A stretch of 64,000 nucleotides of DNA, from contig JBBQRX010000011.1 of the NCBI GenBank assembly GCA_038214375.1, positions 5,810 through 69,809 on the forward strand. The letters are read 5' to 3'. The translations under genes were made by a program, and so were the position numbers. Source of the DNA: Candidatus Limnocylindrales bacterium (GTDB taxonomy: Bacteria > Chloroflexota > Limnocylindria > Limnocylindrales > CSP1-4). Position 1 is the first letter of the stretch. The number at the start of each line of letters is the position of its first letter. Below are positions 36,125 through 47,573 of the stretch, one piece after another. A model generated the notes under the pieces. That model was not told where the DNA came from, did not search any database, and was given only the letters and a program-made list of their open reading frames with translations.

Positions 36125-37189
36125 ATGGCCGACCACCAGGCATCCGGCGAGCAGAGCCTGCTCGTCGTCGAAGACCTGCGGACGCATTTCGCGACCGCCG
36201 ACGGTCTCGTCAAGGCCGTCGACGGCGTCAGCCTGTCGATTCGCCACGGCGAGACGCTCGGCGTGGTGGGAGAGTCCGGGTGCGGCAAGAGCATCACGGC
36301 GCTCTCGATCATGCGCCTGATCGAGCGACCGGGCCGCATCGTCAGTGGCTCGATCACGCTGGCCGGGCGCAACCTGCTCGATGTCTCGGACGCGGAGATG
36401 CGCGACGTCCGGGGCGACTCGATCTCGATGATCTTCCAGGAGCCGATGACGTCGCTGAACCCCGTCTACACGTGCGGGGACCAGATCGAAGAGGCGATCG
36501 CCGTCCACCGCGACGTCTCGCGCAGGGAGGCCCGCGACCGGGCGGTCGAGATGCTCGCGCAGGTCGGGATCCCCGACGCGAAGCGGCGATCCGGCGAGTA
36601 CCCGCACCAGCTCTCGGGCGGGATGCGCCAGCGCGTCATGATCGCCATGGCACTCTCCACGAATCCTGAGCTGCTGATCGCGGACGAGCCGACGACCGCC
36701 CTCGACGTGACCATCCAGGCCCAGATCCTGGAGCTCATGAAAGCCCTCCGCGAACGCAACCGGATGGCGATCATGCTCATCACCCACGACCTGGGCGTGA
36801 TCGCCGAGATGGCCGACGACGTGGTCGTGATGTACGCCGGGAAGGTCGTCGAGGCATCCGACGTGATGAACGTGTTCGAGCGTCCCCACCATCCGTACAC
36901 GAAAGGCCTCCTCGCCTCGATCCCACGGCTGGGCGAGAAGCGTGAGCGGCTCGAGGTGATCAAGGGCGTGGTGCCGAATCCACTCAACCTGCCGTCGGGA
37001 TGCCTGTTCAAGCGCCGTTGTCCGAGCAGGATGCCGATCTGCGACGTGGCGCCGCCGTTCCAGGAGATCGCCCCAGGGCACGTGTCGCGGTGCTGGCTGA
37101 CCCCGGCCGGCGAGCCGCCGGAGGTTGGCATGGCGCCGGCCGAGGACGTCGCCATCGAAGCCGCCGAAGCCCTGAGTGTCGCCTCATGA
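36125..37189 (+). CDS. ABC transporter ATP-binding protein (OppD/DppD-like)
   Basis: [35 protein letters not shown] and an oligopeptide-type C-terminal domain with 4 Cys. Confidence 0.92.
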   Translation: MADHQASGEQSLLVVEDLRTHFATADGLVKAVDGVSLSIRHGETLGVVGESGCGKSITALSIMRLIERPGRIVSGSITLAGRNLLDVSDAEMRDVRGDSISMIFQEPMTSLNPVYTCGDQIEEAIAVHRDVSRREARDRAVEMLAQVGIPDAKRRSGEYPHQLSGGMRQRVMIAMALSTNPELLIADEPTTALDVTIQAQILELMKALRERNRMAIMLITHDLGVIAEMADDVVVMYAGKVVEASDVMNVFERPHHPYTKGLLASIPRLGEKRERLEVIKGVVPNPLNLPSGCLFKRRCPSRMPICDVAPPFQEIAPGHVSRCWLTPAGEPPEVGMAPAEDVAIEAAEALSVAS

Positions 37190-38331
37190 GCCTGCCCGTC
37201 ACGAGCCCGGAGGCGGGCGCGCCCCCGCGACCGACGTCGGCGACCGGCGCGGCCGGCTCGACGCTCCTCGAGGTTGACAACCTCGTCAAGCACTTCGACA
37301 TCCGGGGCGGCCTGCTCGGCATCTCGACGATCGGCGCCGTCCGGGCCGTGGACGGCGTTACCTTCAAGGTCCGCCGCGGCGAGACGCTCGGCCTTGTCGG
37401 CGAGTCGGGCTGCGGCAAGACGACCCTTGGCAAGGTCATCCTGCGGCTGGTCCCGCCAACCTCCGGCCGGGTGGTGGTCAACGGGAAGGTCCTCTTCGAC
37501 GTGCCCACGGCAGCCGAGCGCAAGGCCGGCCGCAAGCCGATCTCCCTCGACGGCGAAGGCATGCAGGCGATCCGACGCGACCTCCAGGTGGTCTTCCAGG
37601 ACCCCTATGCCAGCCTCAACCCGCGCATGTCGGTTGGCGAGATCGTCGGCGAGGGCCCCCTGGTCCACGGCCTGACCGACAGGGTCAAGCGGGAGGACCT
37701 GGTCCGCGAGCTGCTCGCGAAGGTCGGGCTCAACCAGAGCCATATCCACCGCTATCCCCACGAGTTCTCGGGCGGGCAGCGGCAGCGGATCGGGATCGCG
37801 CGAGCCCTTGCCCTCAACCCCGAGTTCATCGTCTGCGACGAGCCGGTCTCGGCGCTGGATGTCTCGATCCAGAGCCAGGTCCTCAACCTGCTCGACGACC
37901 TGCAGCAGGAGCTGGGGCTGACGTACCTCTTCATCGCCCACAATCTCGCCGTGGTCGAGCACATCAGCGACCGCGTCGGGGTCATGTACCTCGGCATGAT
38001 GGCCGAGCTGGCCGACGTCGGGGAGCTCTACGCGCACCCGGCCCACCCGTACACCGTCGCCCTGCTCTCGGCCATCCCGGACCCGGATCCCCGCAACCGG
38101 AAGAAGCGGATCATCCTCAAGGGAGACGTCCCGTCACCCGCGAACCCGCCGTCGGGCTGCCGCTTCCATACCCGGTGCTGGCTGCGCGAGCGCCTGGGGA
38201 ACCCCGAGCGGTGCGTTGCCGAGGTCCCCGCGTTCCGCGACCTGGTTCCCGGTCACGCGGTCGCCTGCCACTTCGCGGAGGATGTCTCCGCCGAGAGCAT
38301 CGCCTCGGCGGCCCGGACCTCGACCGTCTGA
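37186..38331 (+). CDS. ABC transporter ATP-binding protein (OppF/DppF-like)
   Basis: ATG 37186 overlaps the upstream stop (ATGA). [36 protein letters not shown] and a 4-Cys C-terminal domain. Confidence 0.92.
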   Translation: MSLPVTSPEAGAPPRPTSATGAAGSTLLEVDNLVKHFDIRGGLLGISTIGAVRAVDGVTFKVRRGETLGLVGESGCGKTTLGKVILRLVPPTSGRVVVNGKVLFDVPTAAERKAGRKPISLDGEGMQAIRRDLQVVFQDPYASLNPRMSVGEIVGEGPLVHGLTDRVKREDLVRELLAKVGLNQSHIHRYPHEFSGGQRQRIGIARALALNPEFIVCDEPVSALDVSIQSQVLNLLDDLQQELGLTYLFIAHNLAVVEHISDRVGVMYLGMMAELADVGELYAHPAHPYTVALLSAIPDPDPRNRKKRIILKGDVPSPANPPSGCRFHTRCWLRERLGNPERCVAEVPAFRDLVPGHAVACHFAEDVSAESIASAARTSTV

Positions 38332-38340
38332 CGAACCGGC

Positions 38341-38363
38341 GATCCGCGAGCTGGTCGCGGATT
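38341..38363. terminator. weak hairpin in the 42-bp gap between the two convergent ABC operons
   Basis: GATCCGCGA-gctgg-TCGCGGATT (9 bp including one G-U). No U-tract. Confidence 0.3.
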
Positions 38364-38373
38364 CGGCCGCGGA

Positions 38374-39467
<1,094 letters not shown>

Positions 39468-39471
<4 letters not shown>

Positions 39472-40577
39472 CGGGACATCCCGGCCTGAATGAGCCGCCC
39501 GTCCACGTCGTGGTCGAGCCAGCATCGCGTGTCGTGGTCCGCATCCACGGGGAGCAGCGCCGGGTGGCGCTCGGTGCAGATCTGGAGGCCAGCCTCGACC
39601 CTCGCCACGCAGCGCGGCGCGAACCGGCAGACCGGCGGGAGGTCGATCAGGTTGGGGACGTTGCCCGGGATGACCGTCAGCGCGTCGCGGACCTCGCCCA
39701 TGACGGGGACCGAGGCGATGAGCCCTCGCGTGTAGGGGTGGCGCGGGTTCCGGAACAGGGAGACCACGTCCGTCTGCTCCACGATCTCGCCGGCGTACAT
39801 GACGGCGACCCGGTCGCACATCTCCGCGACGACGCCGAGGTCGTGGGTGATCAGGATGATCGCCGTGCCGGTCTCCTCGCGGAGGTGGCGCATGAGGTCG
39901 AGGATCTGGGCCTGGATCGTCACGTCCAGCGCGGTGGTCGGCTCGTCGGCGATCAGCAGGTCCGGTTCGCAGGCGAGGGCCATCGCGATCATGACGCGCT
40001 GGGCCATCCCCCCGGAGAGCTCGTGCGGGAAGGCCCTGAGGCGCCGCTCGGGATCCGGGATTCCCACCACCTTCAGGAGCTCGAGGGCCCGTCCCCTGGC
40101 GGCCTTCGGCTTCAGGTTCCGGTGGATCTCCAGGACCTCGCCGATCTGCCGGCCGATGTCCCAGACGGGGTTGAGCGACGACGTGGGTTGCTGGAAGATC
40201 ATCGCGATCTGCTCGCCGCGTATCTTCCGCATGGTGTCGGCGTCCACCTTGAGGAGGTCGGCCCCGTCGAAGAGGACCTCCCCGGCCTCGATCCGGCCCG
40301 GCCTGGCGATGAGGCGGAGCACGGAGAGCGACGTGACGCTCTTGCCGCAGCCGGATTCGCCGACGAGGCCGAGGACCTCGCCACGGTCCACGTGGAAGTC
40401 GATGCCGTCGACCGCCTTGATCACGCCGTCCCGCGTGTAGAACGAGGTTCGAAGGCCCTTGACCTCGAGGAGCGGGCGGTCGCTCCGAGGTCGGCTGGCA
40501 CGCCGGGTGCTCGCGGGCGACAGCTCCTCGATCACGGCGCCGTCGCCGACCGCGGTCTTCTCGAGCGGGAACGTCAT
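39468..40577 (-). CDS. ABC transporter ATP-binding protein (OppD/DppD-like), second operon
   Basis: [35 protein letters not shown] and a 4-Cys C-terminal domain. Confidence 0.92.
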
Positions 40578-41521
40578 CGGTTCAACCGCGGATCGAGCGC
40601 GTCGCGCAGGCCGTCGCCCAGCAGGTTGAACGAGAGGCAGGTGATGATGATCGCGATGCCCGGCACGAGGACGAGGTGCGGGGCCGAGAAGACCGCGTTC
40701 CGCTCATCGCCGATCATGGAGCCCCATTCGGCGAGCGGCGGCTGGGCGCCGAGCCCGAGGAACGAGAGGGCCGCGACATCGATGATCGCGCCGGCGATGC
40801 CGAGCGTGCCCTGGACGATGAGCGGGGTGAGAGCATTCGGGACGATCCGGCGCATGAGGATCCCGCCCGACGATTCGCCCAGGGCCTGCGAAGCGGCCAC
40901 GAAGTCCTGGCCGCGGATCGAGAGAACCGAGGCGCGCATGACCCGGGCGTAGACGGGGATGGCCACGATCCCGATCGCCAGCTGGGCGTTGATGAGACCG
41001 GGGCCCAGAACCGTCACGATCGCGATCGCGAGGAGGAGCGCCGGGAAGGCGAGCAGGACATCCATGAGCCGCATCAGGACGTTGTCCGCCCGTGACCCGA
41101 AGAAGCCCGCGATCGAGCCGATGATCGTCCCGAGGATGATCGCGAAGCCGACGGTCAGGAAGCCGATCTGGAGGCTCACCCGGCTGCCGAAGACGACCCG
41201 GCTGAAGACGTCGCGCGCGTTCCCGTCGAGGCCCATCAGGTGCTCCGGCTGACCGGCCGGGCAGCCGAGAAGGTGGATGCATGGGGCCAGGCGCGGCCGG
41301 GCGTTCTCCTCGATGCCGAGCAGCGGCTGCGTCGGATCGAACGGGGCAATGACGCCCGCGAAGATCGCCACCAGGACGAGGAAGGCGAGGGCCGTCAGCC
41401 CGACGATCGCCGAGCGCTGCCGCAGGATGTTGCGGAGCGTGTCGCGGAGAAGGCTGACCGGCTTCTGGCCCGCCAGGGGGTCGGCGATCTCGATGCTGAA
41501 GGGCTCGGCGTGGAGCGTCAT
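40574..41521 (-). CDS. ABC transporter permease (OppC/DppC-like), second operon
   Basis: 315 aa with FVAASQALGESSGGILMRRIVPNALTPL. Confidence 0.9.
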   Translation of the reverse strand: MTLHAEPFSIEIADPLAGQKPVSLLRDTLRNILRQRSAIVGLTALAFLVLVAIFAGVIAPFDPTQPLLGIEENARPRLAPCIHLLGCPAGQPEHLMGLDGNARDVFSRVVFGSRVSLQIGFLTVGFAIILGTIIGSIAGFFGSRADNVLMRLMDVLLAFPALLLAIAIVTVLGPGLINAQLAIGIVAIPVYARVMRASVLSIRGQDFVAASQALGESSGGILMRRIVPNALTPLIVQGTLGIAGAIIDVAALSFLGLGAQPPLAEWGSMIGDERNAVFSAPHLVLVPGIAIIITCLSFNLLGDGLRDALDPRLNR

Positions 41522-41531
41522 CGGCGGGGCC

Positions 41532-42608
41532 TCACGTCAGTCGGATCCGTGGGTCGAGGAGCGCGTAGGAGATGTCCACGACCAGGTTCACCACGATGTA
41601 GATGATGGCCACGATGATGACGACGCCCTGGATGATGATGTAGTCGCGGCCCTGGATCGCCTCCGTGATCGTGCGGCCGATGCCCGCCAGGTTGAAGATC
41701 GTCTCCGTGAGCACTGCCCCGGAGAGGAGCCCTCCGAGCGAGAGCCCGATCACCGTGACGACAGGGAGGAGCGCGTTGCGCATCCCGTGCTTGGCGACGA
41801 CATCGCGCTCCCGGACGCCCTTGGCCCGCGCGGTACGGATGTAGTCGAGACCCAGCACGTCCAGCAGGCTCGAGCGGGTCATCCGGGCGATGATCGCCAT
41901 CGGGATGGTGCCGAGCGCGACCGCGGGCAGGATCATGTGCCGCAGCGTGTCGACCAGCAGGCTCCCGTTCAAGGTCAGGACCGCGTTGATCGTGTTGACG
42001 TTCGAGAGGAAGTCGAGCACGACCCGGGGCGGTCCCCCGAGGCTCGTGAGTCCCCATGCCTTCGCGAGCGGGATCACCTCGACACCGGGTGTCAGGCGTC
42101 CCGACGGCGGCAGCGAGAGCGGCGTCCCCTTCAGGACGACGGCGAACAGGTACGCGAAGAAAAGGCCCAGGACGAAGACCGGGATCGAGACGCCGAGGTT
42201 GGCCACGACCATGGTCGCCACGTCGATCGGCGAGTTCCGGCGGATCGCAGACAGGCGGCCCAGGAGGATCCCGAAGACCGCCGCGAAGATGAGGGCATAG
42301 ACGGTCAGCTCGAGGGTGACGGGAAGCCGCTCCACGAGGATCTGGGAGACGGGTCGGCCGAACCGGATCGAATCCCCGAGGTCCCCGGTGGCGACGTTGC
42401 CGACGTAGGTCAGGAACTGGACCGGGATCGGCTGGTCGAGGCCGTAGCGCACGTTGAACGCGTTGCAGATCGCGTCCGTGGCCCGTTCGCCGAGCGCCGC
42501 CCGGCACGGGTCGCCCGGGATGATGCGGGCGAGGATGAAGACCAGGATGACGACCCCGAGCAGCACCGGGATGCTGAGCAGGAGCCGCCGGATGATGTAG
42601 CGCGTCAC
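41532..42608 (-). CDS. ABC transporter permease (OppB/DppB-like), second operon
   Basis: 358 aa with IRTARAKGVRERDVVAKHGMRNALLPV. Confidence 0.9.
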   Translation of the reverse strand: MTRYIIRRLLLSIPVLLGVVILVFILARIIPGDPCRAALGERATDAICNAFNVRYGLDQPIPVQFLTYVGNVATGDLGDSIRFGRPVSQILVERLPVTLELTVYALIFAAVFGILLGRLSAIRRNSPIDVATMVVANLGVSIPVFVLGLFFAYLFAVVLKGTPLSLPPSGRLTPGVEVIPLAKAWGLTSLGGPPRVVLDFLSNVNTINAVLTLNGSLLVDTLRHMILPAVALGTIPMAIIARMTRSSLLDVLGLDYIRTARAKGVRERDVVAKHGMRNALLPVVTVIGLSLGGLLSGAVLTETIFNLAGIGRTITEAIQGRDYIIIQGVVIIVAIIYIVVNLVVDISYALLDPRIRLT

Positions 42609-42643
42609 CGGTTGATCACGAGCCCCCGGGTTTCGGGCTGGAT

Positions 42644-42679
42644 GCGACCGAGGGGCGCCGTGTCGGGCGCCCCTCGGTC
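42644..42679 (-). terminator. strong intra-operon hairpin after the second SBP gene
   Basis: 15-bp perfect stem CGACCGAGGGGCGCC / GGCGCCCCTCGGTCG with a 6-nt loop, in the 91-nt SBP-permease gap. Same layout as operon 1. Confidence 0.5.
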
Positions 42680-42699
42680 GATTGCCGGGTTGGAGTTGC

Positions 42700-44472
42700 C
42701 TACTGGGCGGGTGGGTTCAGGAACCCGCCGAAGAGGCCGGCCCAGTAGGAGAAGTCGCTCGTCCGTCCCTTGTGGAGCGGGTTCGCGGCGTCCCACTGGA
42801 CGGCGAAGCTCTGGACCACGTCGTTCGCGTCGAAGGTGGACCCGTCGGCGAACTTGATGTTCTCCTGCAGGTCGCAGGTCCAGGTCATGAGGTCGGCACT
42901 CGGTGTGCACTGCTTGGCGAGCGCCGGCTCGACTGCCGTGCCGGCGACCTTGTAGCCGTACAGGCCCTGGGTGATCTGCTCGCAGACGCGAAGCGACTCC
43001 CCGTCGCTCTCGTCAGCGCAGTAGAGACCGCCCGGCTCGGCGTTCTGGGAGAAGACGAGCTGGGTGCGGTCACCCGGCTTCATCACGGCGAAGACCTCGC
43101 TCGTGAGCGGGGAGCTGTGCGCGCCCTCCACGTCGGCCTTGAAGGCGGTCGCGGAGCCGCCATGGGCGACCGGGACCATCGGGACGTGCTGCTTGATGAG
43201 CCCGTTGACCGTGATGTAGTCCGCCTTGCGGGCGTCGTCGGAAGCGCCCTGGGCGGCCTTCTTGATCGCGCCGACGACGTCCGGGAAGAGCGGCCCGAAG
43301 GCCTTCGTCCCGCCGGCGAAGTGGTAATCGACGAAGTCCGTCTGGTCCGGATAGTCAACGCCCCAGCCGAGGAGGAAGAGGCCGTCGAGCTTGCCTGCAT
43401 CGGAGTTGTCGATGTAGGTCGTGGACTCCTGGACCTCGATCGTCGCAGTGATGCCGAGGTTCTTCTGGAGCTGCGACTGGATCTCCTGGGCGATGATCTT
43501 CGGCTGCGGCATGTATCCGCGCACCGCGTCACGCAGCTGGAGCTTGGTCTTGAAGCCGTTCGGGAAGCCCGCATCGGCCAGCAGCTTCTTGGCCGCGACC
43601 GGGTCGAAGGTGTACCACGGATCGCCGACGCAGCCGTTCGGGATCGAGCACGGGGTGAAGTAGTCGGCGACCGAGGAGCCGCCGGGGAAGAAGTTCTTGA
43701 CGATCTGGGCACGATCGATGCCCATCCCGATCGCCTGGCGGACCTTCTCGTTGTCCCACGGCTTGTCGGCGACGTTCATCCCGATGTAGAGGGTGTTCAG
43801 GCCCTCGCGCGGGAAGAGCTTCAGGGTGGAATCCTTCGACACGGTTTCGAAGTCGGTCGTCCCGACGTTGTCGATCCCGTCAACGTTGCCGGACTGGAGC
43901 TCGACGAGCCGCTGGGCGGCCTCCGCGCTCCACTTGACCACGACGGTCGGGGCCAGGACCGGGGTGCCGGTCCAGTTGGGGTTGGCTGCGAGCGTGATGT
44001 GGTCGCCCTTCACCCACTCCTTGAGCATGTACGGCCCGGTGCCGTTCGGCTGCTGGACGATCGAGCCGTCCGGCACGTGCGCCGCGAGGTAGTCGGTGTC
44101 GTTGATCGCGAACGAGCTGAACGCGACCTTCGAGAGGAACGCGACGTCCGGCACGCAGAGGTCGAACTCGACGGTCTTCGCGTCGAGGGCCTTGATGGCC
44201 TTGACCTCACCGGTGTACGCCTTGCCGTCGAACGTCTTGGCCGCGCAGTCCACGTTGCCGGTGGCCGGGTAGACCATCGGGGTGAACGCGGCGGCGCTGG
44301 GGGCGCTGGATGGCGCGACGGATGGCGCCGTGGATGCTGCGGCCGATGCGGCTGCAGGCGCGGCGGTGGACGCGGCGGGGGACGGCGTCGCGGCGCCGCC
44401 GCAGGCGGCAACGAGGATCCCGGCCGTCGCCAGCAGCGCGAGCAGCGGCGATCGCCTCGGGGTTCGGGACAT
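42700..44472 (-). CDS. ABC transporter substrate-binding lipoprotein, family 5 (OppA/DppA-like), second operon
   Basis: ATG 44472 preceded by GGAGAAGGAGGGAG. Lipobox GILVAACGG, an Ala/Ser/Pro linker and a family-5 SBP body (..NGTGPYMLKEW..). Confidence 0.9.
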   Translation of the reverse strand: MSRTPRRSPLLALLATAGILVAACGGAATPSPAASTAAPAAASAAASTAPSVAPSSAPSAAAFTPMVYPATGNVDCAAKTFDGKAYTGEVKAIKALDAKTVEFDLCVPDVAFLSKVAFSSFAINDTDYLAAHVPDGSIVQQPNGTGPYMLKEWVKGDHITLAANPNWTGTPVLAPTVVVKWSAEAAQRLVELQSGNVDGIDNVGTTDFETVSKDSTLKLFPREGLNTLYIGMNVADKPWDNEKVRQAIGMGIDRAQIVKNFFPGGSSVADYFTPCSIPNGCVGDPWYTFDPVAAKKLLADAGFPNGFKTKLQLRDAVRGYMPQPKIIAQEIQSQLQKNLGITATIEVQESTTYIDNSDAGKLDGLFLLGWGVDYPDQTDFVDYHFAGGTKAFGPLFPDVVGAIKKAAQGASDDARKADYITVNGLIKQHVPMVPVAHGGSATAFKADVEGAHSSPLTSEVFAVMKPGDRTQLVFSQNAEPGGLYCADESDGESLRVCEQITQGLYGYKVAGTAVEPALAKQCTPSADLMTWTCDLQENIKFADGSTFDANDVVQSFAVQWDAANPLHKGRTSDFSYWAGLFGGFLNPPAQ

Positions 44473-44664
44473 GCTCCCTCCTTCTCCTCCTGGTGCGGCC
44501 CGTTCGACCACCGGTTTCCTTGGCGGCACGGGGCGCAGAGACCCTGGGCTCGGGCGAGCTGCCGCGAGCCGAGATCGCCGAAGCCTAGCACCGTGAGGCA
44601 GCGATCCGCCAGTCGGGCCCGCTCGATCGCGGCCCTGGGAGCGCCCGCCGCCACCCGTCGGCGG

Positions 44665-44670
44665 TAGACT
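44665..44670 (+). promoter_or_regulatory. -10 box TAGACT 7 nt upstream of GTG 44678 (leaderless-type)
   Basis: cggTAGACTcgcgggcGTG, with no SD. Confidence 0.45.
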
Positions 44671-44677
44671 CGCGGGC

Positions 44678-45577
44678 GTGAAGCCACTTCGAATCGCACT
44701 CGCCCAGCTCGCGCCCCAGCTCGGGCTCCTCGAGGCGAATCTCGCCCGTCACCGCGAGCTGCTGGTCGAGGCGCGCGCCGCCGGGGCCGGGCTCATCGTC
44801 TTCCCCGAGCTGGGACTGACCGGCTACCACCTCCAGGACCTTGCCGCCGAGGTGGCGATGGCGGCCGACGACCCGCGCCTCGCGGCATTGGCCGCGGAGA
44901 CGGTCGGCTGCTCGGCCGTCGTCAGCTTCGTGGAGGAGTCCAGCGACCACCGGCTCTTCATCGCCGCCGCGCTCCTCGAGGACGGCGCGGTCCGCCACGT
45001 CCAGCGCAAGCTCTACCTGCCGACCTACGGGCTCTTCGACGAGCGGCGCTTCTTCGCTGCCGGGGACGCCCTGCGCGCGGTCCCGTCGCGCCTTGGGGTC
45101 GGCGTCGGGCTCGCGATCTGCGAGGACTTCTGGCACCTGGGCGTGCCCGCCCTCCTCGCGCTCGACGGCGCCCAGGTCCTGGTCAACGTGGCCTCGTCGC
45201 CGGGCCGGGACGTGGCGGCCGTCAACGCGGGCGGGCTTGGCACGGCGGTCTCGTGGCGGACGCTCCTGCGAACCTATGCCCAGCTCACGACGAGCATCGT
45301 GGTCTTCTGCAACCGGGTCGGGGTGGACGAATCGGTCTCGTTCTGGGGTGGCTCGATGGTCCTTGGCCCGACCGGGGACGTGATCGTCGAGGGGCCGCTC
45401 TACGAGGAGGCGCTCGTCTTCGCCGACGTTCCGCTGGCCGACGTCCGGCGGGAGCGCATCGGCCTCCCGCTCCTGCGCGACGAGCGGCCGGAGCTGCTCG
45501 CGCGTGAGCTGGCCCGGATCGTGGCGGAACGGGCCGGTCTCGCCGAGGATGGCACCGCCACGTCGTCGTCGCGGTGA
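44678..45577 (+). CDS. carbon-nitrogen hydrolase family protein, probable glutaminase subunit of NAD synthetase
   Basis: Glu/Lys/Cys triad contexts VFPELGLTGY, RKLYLPTY and LAICEDFWH. Immediately followed by nadE. Confidence 0.8.
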   Translation: MKPLRIALAQLAPQLGLLEANLARHRELLVEARAAGAGLIVFPELGLTGYHLQDLAAEVAMAADDPRLAALAAETVGCSAVVSFVEESSDHRLFIAAALLEDGAVRHVQRKLYLPTYGLFDERRFFAAGDALRAVPSRLGVGVGLAICEDFWHLGVPALLALDGAQVLVNVASSPGRDVAAVNAGGLGTAVSWRTLLRTYAQLTTSIVVFCNRVGVDESVSFWGGSMVLGPTGDVIVEGPLYEEALVFADVPLADVRRERIGLPLLRDERPELLARELARIVAERAGLAEDGTATSSSR

Positions 45578-46481
45578 GCGCACCGTGGAGCTGACGACCG
45601 CCCCGCTCTTCGAGCTGCCCCCGGAGCTCGCGATCGACACCGGCATCGCGCGACAAGTGATCACGGCCTTCATCCGCGCACAGCTCAGGCAGGCCGGCTT
45701 CGAGCGGGCGGTGCTGGGGCTTTCCGGCGGGATCGATTCCGCGCTGGTGGCGTACCTGGCCAGCGAGGCGATCGGGGCGGAGCGGCTCCTGTGCGTGATG
45801 CTGCCATACCGCGCCTCGTCGCCCGCCTCGCAGGCCGACGCGGAATCGGTGGTCCGCCAGCTCGGCTGCGCCAGCGAGCTCGTGGAGATCACGCCGCTCG
45901 TGGACGGCTACTTTGGTCGGGCCGGAGTGCCGGGCGCGGGCGGACGCGACGCCCTCGAGGCTTCGGCGCTGCGGCGCGGGAATGCGATGGCGCGGGCCCG
46001 GATGCTGGTCCTCTACGATCGATCGGTGACCTGGGGCGGGCTCGTGGTCGGGACCGGCAACAAGACAGAGACGTTGATCGGCTACACGACGCTCTTCGGC
46101 GACAGCGCCTGCGCGTTCAACCCGATCGGCGATCTCTACAAGAGCCAGGTCCGCCAGCTCTCCGTCGCCATCGGCGTTCCAGACGCGATCATCCGCAAGG
46201 CGCCCTCGGCGGACCTGTGGCCCGGCCAGACGGACGAAGCCGAGGCCGGGTTCAGCTACCCGCTTCTCGATCGGCTGCTGTACTGGATGATCGACAGGCG
46301 CCGGAACGACGAAGAGCTCGCGGAGATGGGGTTCGAGCCGGCCCTCGTTGACCGGATCGGGCGGATGGTCGCGACGTCGGAGTTCAAGCGCCAGGTCCCG
46401 CCCGTTGCGAAGCTCGGCCCGCGGACGCCGGGCGTGGACTACCTCTACCCGCGCCGACGGCCCGGCTCGGCGCGGCGGTGA
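45549..46481 (+). CDS. nadE: NAD+ synthetase (synthetase domain only) NadE
   Basis: PP-loop LGLSGGIDSALVAYLA and GTGNKTETLIGYTTLFGD. Start is either ATG 45549 (29-nt overlap with the upstream gene) or GTG 45585. Confidence 0.85.
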   Translation: MAPPRRRRGERTVELTTAPLFELPPELAIDTGIARQVITAFIRAQLRQAGFERAVLGLSGGIDSALVAYLASEAIGAERLLCVMLPYRASSPASQADAESVVRQLGCASELVEITPLVDGYFGRAGVPGAGGRDALEASALRRGNAMARARMLVLYDRSVTWGGLVVGTGNKTETLIGYTTLFGDSACAFNPIGDLYKSQVRQLSVAIGVPDAIIRKAPSADLWPGQTDEAEAGFSYPLLDRLLYWMIDRRRNDEELAEMGFEPALVDRIGRMVATSEFKRQVPPVAKLGPRTPGVDYLYPRRRPGSARR

Positions 46482-47464
46482 GCCCCGACGCGGGCGCGGA
46501 GAGTGGCCGGACCGCCCACGCCGGGGCCGTGGTCCCCGCGGTGAGCGGGGCGACCGGCGGGGGCACCCTGTACGTCGTCGCGACGCCGATCGGCAACCTC
46601 GGGGACGTGACGCTGCGCTCGCTCGAGGTGCTCCGCGCCGTGCCGCTCGTGGCCGCCGAGGACACCCGGATCACGCGGCGGCTCTTCGCCCGCCACGCGA
46701 TCTCCACCCACCTGGTCCCGCACCACGCGCGCAACGAGGAGGCGACGATCCCCGGGCTCCTGGCGCACCTGCGGGCAGGCCGCGACCTCGCGCTCGTCAC
46801 CGATGCCGGCACGCCACTCGTCTCCGATCCGGGCGCCGGCCTCGTCGCCGCGTGGGCCGCGGAGGGTGGCACGGTCATCCCGATCCCGGGCGCATCGGCG
46901 GTCCTTGCCGCGCTCGTGGCGTCGGGGGTCGCGGGCCCGCGCTGGAGCTTCGAGGGCTTCCTGCCGCGGCGCGGGCGCGATCGGCGGGAGCGCCTCGCCC
47001 GGCTCGCCGGGGACGAGCGGACCGCGGTGCTCTTCGAGGCGCCGGGTCGGCTTGCGGCGACGCTCGCGGACCTTGCCGCGGCCTGCGGCGACGAGCGGCC
47101 GGCGGCGGTATGCCGCGAGCTCACGAAGCTCCACGAGGAGACGCTGCGGGGCAGCCTCGGCACCCTTGCGGCGAGCGCCGCGGCGGGCGACATCGACGGG
47201 CGCGGCGAGATCGTGATCGTGATCGGTGAGCGGCCCGCCGCGCGGCGGCCGGATGCGACGGCCGCGCCCAACGCGGCCGCAGCGGCCGGCGCGCCCGACC
47301 ACACGGCCGAGCCCGCGGAGGCAGTTGCGGCCGGACGGGCCGAGGTTGCCCGCCTCATGGCCGGCGGCCTCGCCCGGGGTGATGCCGCGCGCCGAGTGGC
47401 CGCGGCGACCGGGCTGCCGCGACGACGCCTCTACGACGCGCCCGACGCCGGGTCCGTCGAATAG
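46478..47464 (+). CDS. rsmI: 16S rRNA (cytidine1402-2'-O)-methyltransferase RsmI
   Basis: GTG overlaps the nadE stop (GTGA). LYVVATPIGNLGDVTLR, DAGTPLVSDPG and CRELTKLHEE. Confidence 0.9.
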   Translation: MSPDAGAESGRTAHAGAVVPAVSGATGGGTLYVVATPIGNLGDVTLRSLEVLRAVPLVAAEDTRITRRLFARHAISTHLVPHHARNEEATIPGLLAHLRAGRDLALVTDAGTPLVSDPGAGLVAAWAAEGGTVIPIPGASAVLAALVASGVAGPRWSFEGFLPRRGRDRRERLARLAGDERTAVLFEAPGRLAATLADLAAACGDERPAAVCRELTKLHEETLRGSLGTLAASAAAGDIDGRGEIVIVIGERPAARRPDATAAPNAAAAAGAPDHTAEPAEAVAAGRAEVARLMAGGLARGDAARRVAAATGLPRRRLYDAPDAGSVE

Positions 47465-47519
47465 GACGAACCATCCGCGGTCACTCGACCGGGGTGTTCC
47501 GTCTTCGGCACGCGGAAGC

Positions 47520-47555
47520 GCGACGGGCGCCGGAGGGGAGGACGGCGCCCGTCGC
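47520..47555. terminator. hairpin between convergent rsmI and ssb
   Basis: 12-bp perfect stem GCGACGGGCGCC / GGCGCCCGTCGC with a 12-nt loop. Confidence 0.4.
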
Positions 47556-47573
47556 GGCGCGGAACGTGCTCGA

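Noticed and set aside
32276-37081. A 1601-codon antisense ORF running across the SBP, both permeases and the first ATPase of Opp/Dpp operon 1. It is by far the longest ORF in the track.
   Set aside because: It is a shadow ORF. Its codon boundaries coincide exactly with the sense codons (32276-32033 = 243, a multiple of 3). All four sense genes also happen to share one frame (starts 32033, 34211, 35180 and 36125 are all congruent mod 3). In that register the first base of each antisense codon complements the sense third base, which is nearly always G/C. Stop codons all start with T, so they almost never arise. The translation is Arg/Asp/Gly/Pro-rich junk with no domain.
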